Part shown: positions 56,356 to 64,000 of the stretch, one piece after another
How positions within the stretch are numbered: the stretch's first letter is position 1
How the letters are laid out: each line of letters starts with the position of its first letter
Source: Trichosphaerium sp. ATCC 40318
Taxonomy: Eukaryota; Protista; Tubulinea
NCBI GenBank assembly: GCA_038496445.1
Contig: JALMLS010000329.1
Coordinates: forward strand, 62,001-126,000
DNA length: 64,000 nucleotides
Reading direction: 5' to 3'
Made by a program: the position numbers and the translations under genes
Notes under the pieces: generated by a model
The model's input: the letters and a program-made list of their open reading frames with translations, nothing else
Told to the model about the DNA's origin: nothing
The model's database searches: none

Positions 56356-56965
56356 CGTGAGTGGATTGTCCATCAACAGAAATTTACTTTTTTTTGACTT
56401 GTAAGTGAACTTGCTTGTGTCTTTACGCAGTTGAATGGCTGTAATAATTAATTCGAGCGTTTTGACAGAAGTTGACGTACTTTCTTTTCACGTACGCCCA
56501 ACTTTCTTCTGCATACGATCTACACGTAGCAGAGTCCAGCAGATGACGAAAAAAGGATTTTTTAGTGAGATGTTTCTTTATTTGTAGGGTTGACTTGTCA
56601 TTTGTTATACTGCGTTAAACCGCGCTATGTGGCACTAACTAGATTTTCAAAGGCATACAAACTAAAATCAAACAAAGAAACCTCTAAATAAGGGACAGTC
56701 TTTTCTTCATCGTTTCTTTATGGAAAAATAGACGTGATCCTTTGTCTTCGTCACCCAAATAAAGTTATAAAGCGCGAAACACAACCTCTACCGCGAGGTC
56801 AATGAAAACACGTGAAACTTTGTTTGTTTGTGACTACTGTGAGTCTTTGTAAGCTTTTTAGTGTGTATAATACTACAGAGAGTGATTAGTACACATTCCG
56901 TTGTTATTCTTGTGGTTTTTTGCACCGTTTTGTTTTACAGTCAAAATTTACGGTTAATTAACAAC

Positions 56966-59950
56966 ATGAGCAACACGTCAGCCCGCTATAAGGCGCGTGG
57001 TAACAAAGCATTCAAAGCCAGCAAATTCAACACTGCCCTTACGTTGTATTCGAAAGCTATTGATGCTTCGCCTAGAAATCACGTATTATATAGGTATGGC
57101 ACCTTTATGGTCCGCTTTTAACGCTAACTTGTTCGTTTTTATAAAAAACCTCACAAAAAAGCCTTCTAACTCCTTCATAATAGTAACCGATCCATCTGCT
57201 ACTTAAAACTAAACAAGAACGGCGCTGCTAAACGCGACGCACTCCAATCCATTGAACTAGACCCTAAATGGGCCAAGGTAAGCGCTTGTCACCTCTCGGT
57301 GTGGACTTAGACCTTATTGTGTTAGGGATACTTCCGCGCTGGCGTTGCCTGTGTGGCTGAGAAAGACTACGCGGAGGCTTTCTACTTCTTGAAAAAAGGC
57401 CAGAGCGTCTCCCCTACCGAAACCTCCTTCAAAGAGCTACTTGAAGTGTCAGAAGCAGCTGTACGATACATTTTATATTAATAAACGCTCACACTTGCTT
57501 ATAGTTAGGACCAGACGGTATAAGGAAAGTTATAGATAGATTGGAGGTATGTATTTTGAAACAAAACGTCAAATCTCTAACTTCTCGCTTTTAGAAAGAA
57601 GGCATTGAAGTAATAGGCGATTACGGGAAGAAAGAGGAGACCCCTACCGCGGATGCTGAAAAACCAACTGAAACTCCAGAACCTGCAAAAGTTGAAGAGC
57701 CAAAGGCTGCACCAGTAGCAGAACCAGTAAAAGAAGCTCCAAAAGACGACGTACCAAAAGCGGAGCAAAAAGTTACCGAACCTGCAGTTGCAGCAACACC
57801 AGAACCAGCAAAGGAGGTAGCGCCAGAACCAGCAAAGGAACCTACAGCAGAGCCAGTGAAACAGGCCGAACCTGAACCAGCGAAGGAACCAGAGCCTGAA
57901 CCAGCTAAGGAGCCAGAAGCAGAGCCAGCAAAAGAACCTGAACCTGAACCAGCCAAGGAGCCAGAACCTGAGCCAGTCAAAGAAGCCGAACCAGAACCTG
58001 TTAAAGAGCCAGAACCTGAGCCTGTCAAAGAACCTGAACCAGAACCTGCTAAAGAGCCAGAACCTGAACCAGTGAAGGAACCTGAACCAGAGCCAGCGAA
58101 GGAGCCAGAACCAGAACCAGCAAAAGAACCTGAACCTGAGCCAGCAAAGGAGCCAGAACCAGAACCAGTGAAGGAAGCTGAACCAGAGCCAGCGAAGGAG
58201 CCAGAACCTGAGCCAGCAAAAGAACCTGAACCAGAGCCAGCGAAGGAGCCAGAACCTGAGCCTGTCAAAGAACCAGAGCCAGAACCTGCCAAAGAACCCG
58301 AACCAGAGCCAGCGAAGGAGCCAGAGCCAGAACCTGTCAAAGAACCTGAACCAGAACCTGTTAAAGAACCAGAGCCAGAACCAGCGAAGGAACCAGAACC
58401 AGAACCTGCAAAAGAACCAGAACCTGAACCAGTGAAGGAACCTGAACCAGAACCTGTCAAGGAGCCAGAGCCAGAGCCTGTCAAAGAAGCCGAACCAGAA
58501 CCAGCGAAGAAACCTGAACCTGAGCCAGTGAAAGAACCTGAACCTGTTAAAGAACCAGAGCCAGAACCAGCGAAGGAGCCAGAGCCAGAACCAGCGAAGG
58601 AGCCAGAACCAGAACCAGCAAAGGAGCCAGAAGCTGAGCCTGCCAAAGCACCAGAACCAGAAAAGATAGAAAAACCACAAGAACCTGAACAACTTCTTGA
58701 TGACAACGGTGAAACTATTGAACTTGAAGAAGCCGACAAACAACAGACTATAAGGGTACGTGCTTTTTTTTTTTTTTCATTTACAAATCATTTCTTTTTT
58801 CTGACATTAATGGCGTAGGAATACCCAGCACCAGCACGTACGAAAGGTGGTAGATCAGTAGAACTGCATAAGTCGATTGGAGAAGCCTATATTGGTACGT
58901 GACGGACGTGACGAACGTGTTGGCAAGGTTAAAAATTATTTGTTTTGACATAAAAATCTTTAATTTTTCAGGCCAAGCTCAGTTGTAAATCCGTTTATTC
59001 TTTTTGCACGTGTTTTTTGTAAAAATTTCAACAGACCCTCACACTTTCTAGACATCAGAGATAATACAAGCAACACAGATTGGGCATTTGTAGAGTATTC
59101 TGGTACGTATTAGACGGCGTACAAGTTAACAGTGAAGTAATTTATCTAACTTGCAAAAAAAAATAGATAAGAAAGTTTTATACGTTTCAAAGACTGGTAC
59201 TAAAGCTAGTGGATACAAGGAGCTCTTAAACAACTTCTCTGCTGATAACAGGTATACATAGTTTGTAACTTTTCTTTTTTTTTTTCTTTCGAAAATAAGG
59301 TTCTTTCCTGACAAGTAATTTCTCTTTTAGAGCTTTCGCTTATGCGCGCGTTTGGTTACATGATGTATTACCAAAGTTTGTTTTCATCACATGGTGTGGT
59401 GATAACGTATCATCTTTTAAACGTGCCTTGATGTCTGGCGCAAAAGTGAGTGCAATTTCTTATTTTTTTTTTTTTGTTTTTACAAATTCTAACTGTCGTC
59501 TTCTTCTAGTCTCACATGATCGAAATTTGCCATCAAACGTCGATCTCTATTCAAGTACGTATATTTTTCTTTTCACTAGTAGAGTATCAGCAATTCTGTT
59601 GCTCCCCTTTGAAAGCGATAAATTGTGACAATTTTTTGATTTGTTTTTTTTGAGAATTATTTTGTGCCATTGTGGCGTACAAATGACTTTTTGTTTCATT
59701 TTATTGGGTTGTGTTTTATTGATAATATTTGTATTTTATTAAAACGTGACTCGTGCAATTCTTCAGAGAGTTGAACTGGTTGTTAATTTTTTCGTTTTAT
59801 TTCCTTTCTTTTGTTCTCCAACTTGTTGTGTTTGCTTGTTTCTAACATTACTTCTACCAGGCTACAACCCTTGACGAAATCTCAGAAGAGAGGGTTATGA
59901 AAGATATCCAAGGCGCTAGCGCTGGATCAGGATATGCAGGCGTGAACTAG
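56966..59950 (+). CDS. TPR + Glu/Pro-rich repeat + ADF-H (coactosin/drebrin-like) protein
   Basis: [12 protein letters not shown]...LYSKAI...NRSICY...WAKGYFRAG; KEPEPEPA repeats; C-terminal DWAFVEY...FAYARV...[16 protein letters not shown]. Confidence 0.8.
57850..58660 (+). repeat. Coding 24-bp minisatellite, about 33 units of KEPEPEP[A/V]
   Basis: AARGARCCNGARCCNGARCCNGYN units with synonymous variation. Confidence 0.95.
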
Positions 59951-60519
59951 TAAGCTAACTTAGTACATATATATTATTATGCTTATCTTATATGTATCCC
60001 CTTATTATTGTATGTATTGTGTTTGTTTTTACTTAGTTTCCTTCTTTTCTTTGGTGCTAAGGTTATCAAGACAGTATTCTTCTTTTACCTTTTATTGTGG
60101 TGTTTTATACGTCACTTGAAAGGCGTTCGAAAGAGAAACTTGTCTTGTAATATCTTTGGATACGAAAAAGTTTTTTCTTTTTCTTTGAATTCCAGGTGTT
60201 CTGTAGATGTTTGTTCTTATTACACCTGTTTCTTGGAAGCTGTATATATCTATAGGCTATGTATTACGTTTGTTAACCGTTTAATCGGTGGCTATATCCG
60301 ATAGTCAATCGATTTTTGTGTTAGAATATTCTGTTCACGCTTTTTTTTGTGCTCCTGTCAAATATTGATTTGTTTTCTAGTTGTTAGTAATGTATTGATT
60401 TGATAGGCTAGCATGCAAGTGTTTAATATTTATTAATAAACGAACGCACACACGTGTGTACTTTTTGAGCTCAAAACAAGTTCTTTCTATCTTCTTCACT
60501 GTAATTTTTTTCATATGTT

Positions 60520-60810
60520 GCAGATGAAGGAATCAAAGGTGTACATACTATCAACCTTTCAAAATGTCCAAGCAGTACAAATGACGGCGTCAAAGCTCTC
60601 CAAGGTGTTCATGAGATTAACCTTAGTCGAAATCTCTAACTGATGATGGTGTCAAATCACTTTCAGGTTCATATCATTGACCTTACAGATGAAGGTATAA
60701 AAGCTTTAAATGTGTCCGTGACATAAACGTTGGTATGACTAAAGTAACAGATGATAGCGTTAAAGCACTAGAAGGTCTACACTCATTGGCACTTGGTTAC
60801 AAATGTTTGC
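60520..60810 (+). pseudogene. Decayed LRR gene remnant
   Basis: DEGIKGVHTINLSKC..NDGVKALQGVHEINLS, TDEGIKAL, TKVTDDSVKALEGLH, with frameshifts and deletions. Confidence 0.85.
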
Positions 60811-61019
60811 AAGGTTGAATTGAAGTCAAACGGAGTTGAAATTAAAGACTAAGTCATGCCACTTCCAAAGAAAGAGTTAAAGTGTTAGGGTTAAAGAACT
60901 CTTTCAAGCATTTTGATAAAAGAAAACTTATCTCAAAGTCACTTTTTAACTAACCACGTGATGACTGGGTAGTATCTTACTTACCTTGTGCAATAAAGTA
61001 GTTGGAGTATTTATTCGTT

Positions 61020-61484
61020 TTATTTCAGAATTATTCTTTCAAAGGCCACGAGATCATTGTCTTTAAGTTTTTTTGGGATATTAAAATTGTTGTTATTAAC
61101 AGAAATAATAGAGTTTTTTACATCATCAGCTAATGTTGGATAGCGTTCAATTAGTATGTCGATGAATCGTTCAATTGTTGTCTAATCATGTAGTCAAACA
61201 CACATGTGTTTAAATGCAAACAAGTTCAAGGTCTTACTTTGTGTGGAACTTCAAGGCGTAATTCTTCTACAACCTCAGCGCGGTGATGCCGGAATAAATA
61301 GCGTACTGTTATCTTCTAAAACTCACCGTTAATCATTAATATTTAAAACCATAGGGACCTACCCCGTGAGGTTTATGCGCTTTTTTTGACCCTTGCAGCT
61401 TTGCTCCGGCCTTTCCAGATGTAAAATGCATCATAAGCTATCAACGGTTAGTATATTACACTTGTAGTCACAGCAACACACCAT
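61020..61484 (-). CDS. MoaD/ThiS-like ubiquitin-fold protein without C-terminal GG
   Basis: Spliced KITVRYLF...LEVPHKTTIERFIDILIERYPTL...IISVNN...LKDNDLVAFERIILK-TAA. Confidence 0.6.
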
Positions 61485-61559
61485 GTTTGTATTCACCGCG
61501 TTGTATACAATCAAACACAAAACGGCCTTAATGTAGAGTCAAAGTCAGTGTCTTGACAT

Positions 61560-62123
61560 GCGAAGCCCGTGTCACATTCAATCAGGCGAAATAACCTTAC
61601 ACGGAACAATAGGAAGCGGTTTTGGCGCAGTTTCAAGTACGTTCATAAGGGGCAGCACAGTTTTTGTGTAATTTGCACAATTTGGCGAATTGCCTAAAAT
61701 TAGAGAATTTGTGAAAATACCTTGTGAAATTACAAGGTAGAAAATAAATTGGCAGCACTGGCAATACCTTTTCTCACCACTGAATTAACGAAATAATTTC
61801 TCACTACTTCACAGTACTTTATAGTATATTGTATACTATGAGGCACAATCAAAAGTACAACAATGATTGCAGTGATGAGAAACAGCATTGTAAAGATTCC
61901 ATAAAATGCAGTAAAAGTAGCAAATTGCCAGAAATTGTAGCAATTCGCAAAATGCAATTGCTACAATTTTGACAAATTGTAAGCTTTGTGCAAAAACTGT
62001 GCTGGCCCTAAGATGATAAAAATAAGATCTATCGTTACCACGCAACACAAGACGCGTATTAATACGCAAAAGGGGTATATGGCGTGGCAGAAAAGTAGCT
62101 ATAAAGAAAATAATGTCAAACAT
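61560..62123 (-). pseudogene. Disrupted membrane-protein gene fragment
   Basis: Hydrophobic exons (FYGIFTMLFLITAIIVVLLIV) with intron-like gaps; in-frame TAG near 61960. Confidence 0.35.
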
Positions 62124-62498
62124 TCAGGCAGCTATCAGCGGTATATCTAGTCGGTAAAGAGATAATGATATGGTCTATACTTGACATGCTAGCAACAATA
62201 GTAAACTCATCGCTCTTGTTTTCTAGCTACAAATACTTGACATCAAAAGAATGAAACAATCCTTTACAGACACGCTGTGTGGTGAAGGAATATCAAGAGT
62301 GATGAAGTATTAGTATTTTATTGTAATCAGAGCCTTGGACTCAATTGATTTCCTTGGATGAGAGTTGTCGAGGTTTACAAGAACTCATTTCATATTGAAG
62401 CACAAACTAGTAGCTACTCTATGGTTAACAGAAAATGTATTACTACACCTGTACTGTAATTAAGATGTATTTTATTACTATTTCAAGAATCAAACAAT

Positions 62499-63704
62499 TT
62501 AACGTCTTATTATATTCACTGCACCTGTCAATGACTTGATTTGTTCATCATTTAGTTTGCAATTTTTTGTCAAGTACATAGTATGTACACCTGAAAGTCC
62601 TTTCAACAATTCTTCTGTTAAATTCCAATGCTGCAAACCAATTGTGTGTACGCCCGCCAATGCTTTGATATCCGATATCTTGTAACATCTTGCCAACTGA
62701 ATAGTATGCACACCTGCCAGTGCCTTGATGCCCTCATTTGTTATCTTTGTATCAGCTAGACCAATCAAATGTACACCTGATAATGCCTTTACACCTTCAT
62801 CTGTTACTTTTGTACCTTGTAGATTAATGAAGTGTACACCTGACAATGCCTTTATACCGTCATCTGTTATATTTGTTCCTGCTAAATAAATGCTATGTAT
62901 GCCTGCCAATGCCTTTATGCTCTCATCTGTTATTAATTTGCAATAGTTCAAGCCAATGGTGTGTACACCAGCTAACATTTTAACACTCTCATCTGTTACA
63001 TTAGTAGATCCTAAGTTAATCCAATGTGCACCTGCCAATGCCTTTACACCTTCATCTGTTATTGATTTGCAATAGTTCAAGCCAATTGTGTGTACACCAG
63101 CTAACATTTTAACACTCTCATCTGTTACATTAGTAGATCCTAAGTTAATCCAGTGTGCACCTGCCAGTGCCTTTACACCTTCATCTGTTATATCTGTATA
63201 TGTTAGATGAATTGTATGTACACCCGACAATGCCTTTACACCTTCATCTGTTACTTTTGTGTATGCCAAGTTAATTGTATGTACGCCAGCCAACGTTGAA
63301 ACACCCTTGTCTGTAATATGTGTACAATGAGACAAGTTTATATTGTGTACACCAGCCAACGCCTTAAGACTCTCATCTGTTACGAATTTACACTTGAACA
63401 GGTCGATAGTGTGTACACCCGCAAGTAAAGGCAAGCAACTGTTGTCTATTGTACAGCCACGCAAAGAAATTACTGTATTCTTCAATAAAGGGCTTCCTGC
63501 CAGGGTCTCTATTTTTTTTTCGCTATCAATAGTGATTTTGCCATATCCCACATGGTTGTGGACAACATCTCGCAAAAGGCGGCAAGTTTGTGCTGAATGC
63601 AGTGTGTGTGTCCCTTGCTTAAGTATATGTACTATTAGTTCAATTGGCAGCAAAGCAAGGTCAGATATGTGCGCATTTGTTTGGTCTGTGGCTTTTTCCT
63701 CCAT
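62499..63704 (-). CDS. Intact intronless F-box + LRR protein (giant-virus-like GVHTI repeats)
   Basis: LALLPIELIVHIL...AQTCRLLRD F-box followed by about 15 repeats of xTDEGVKALAGVHTINL. Confidence 0.9.
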   Translation of the reverse strand: MEEKATDQTNAHISDLALLPIELIVHILKQGTHTLHSAQTCRLLRDVVHNHVGYGKITIDSEKKIETLAGSPLLKNTVISLRGCTIDNSCLPLLAGVHTIDLFKCKFVTDESLKALAGVHNINLSHCTHITDKGVSTLAGVHTINLAYTKVTDEGVKALSGVHTIHLTYTDITDEGVKALAGAHWINLGSTNVTDESVKMLAGVHTIGLNYCKSITDEGVKALAGAHWINLGSTNVTDESVKMLAGVHTIGLNYCKLITDESIKALAGIHSIYLAGTNITDDGIKALSGVHFINLQGTKVTDEGVKALSGVHLIGLADTKITNEGIKALAGVHTIQLARCYKISDIKALAGVHTIGLQHWNLTEELLKGLSGVHTMYLTKNCKLNDEQIKSLTGAVNIIRR

Positions 63705-64000
63705 TTTATCGTACAATGCTAGCTATCTTCGAAGGTTAAAGGGTTTTCAAGCGGAAACTTAGTACTACTTTTTGTGTCTGATTTTGATTGTTCTGAAATA
63801 TTCTTTCACGTCAACTTAGTCAACTAAGTTAAACATAAAACCATTGATATTTTATTTTAACGTGCAGGTTAAGTGTTTGACACGTGATTTATTTACCACA
63901 AAGAATTTTTGGAGGTTATTGGGCACCATCGCGACAAGCTCAACTGATGGACTCTGTCTTTATGCTGGGTGCAAGATGGAAGCTTACACTTTTCTTGTAT

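Noticed and set aside
57850-58660. CRISPR-like array
   Set aside because: Contiguous coding units with synonymous changes, no unique spacers, eukaryotic context.
57577-58743. Long minus-strand ORFs (GSGSGSFA and FWFRF repeats)
   Set aside because: Antisense shadows of the KEPEPEP coding repeat on the + strand.

Overview
Gene-dense, AT-rich eukaryotic nuclear DNA with many short GT-AG introns (mostly 35-100 nt; donors GTACGT/GTAAG, branch points CTAAC/CTAAT). The gene content suggests a free-living amoeba or similar protist (inference). Standard genetic code. No rRNA, tRNA or CRISPR array seen. Spliced host genes reconstructed by hand: CDCA7-like zf-4CXXC, four paralogous PA-domain 7TM receptor-like genes, an Asp-box type I membrane protein, a receptor Tyr-kinase-like gene, MDP-1, RasGEF, ARP6, MLO-like, an RBD protein, a divergent Ras, an actin-like protein lacking subdomain 2, ALKBH2/3, CLN5-like, a DUF4773/EGF-like membrane protein, a helical-repeat PD-(D/E)XK protein, V-ATPase Ac45, an N-acylated ARA6-type Rab5, a TPR-(EPEPAK)n-ADF-H protein and a MoaD-like ubiquitin fold without GG. 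A second, largely intronless layer sits between them: F-box/LRR and MORN-repeat genes resembling those of giant viruses, with decayed remnants of the same families in many intergenic spacers, one of them interrupted by a MITE. Window-wide signals: about 6-fold excess of CACGTG, a 5'-to-3' CpG gradient within genes, and at least five GC-AG introns. Coordinates of spliced genes are start-to-stop spans read by eye; family assignments come from motif recognition, not database searches.
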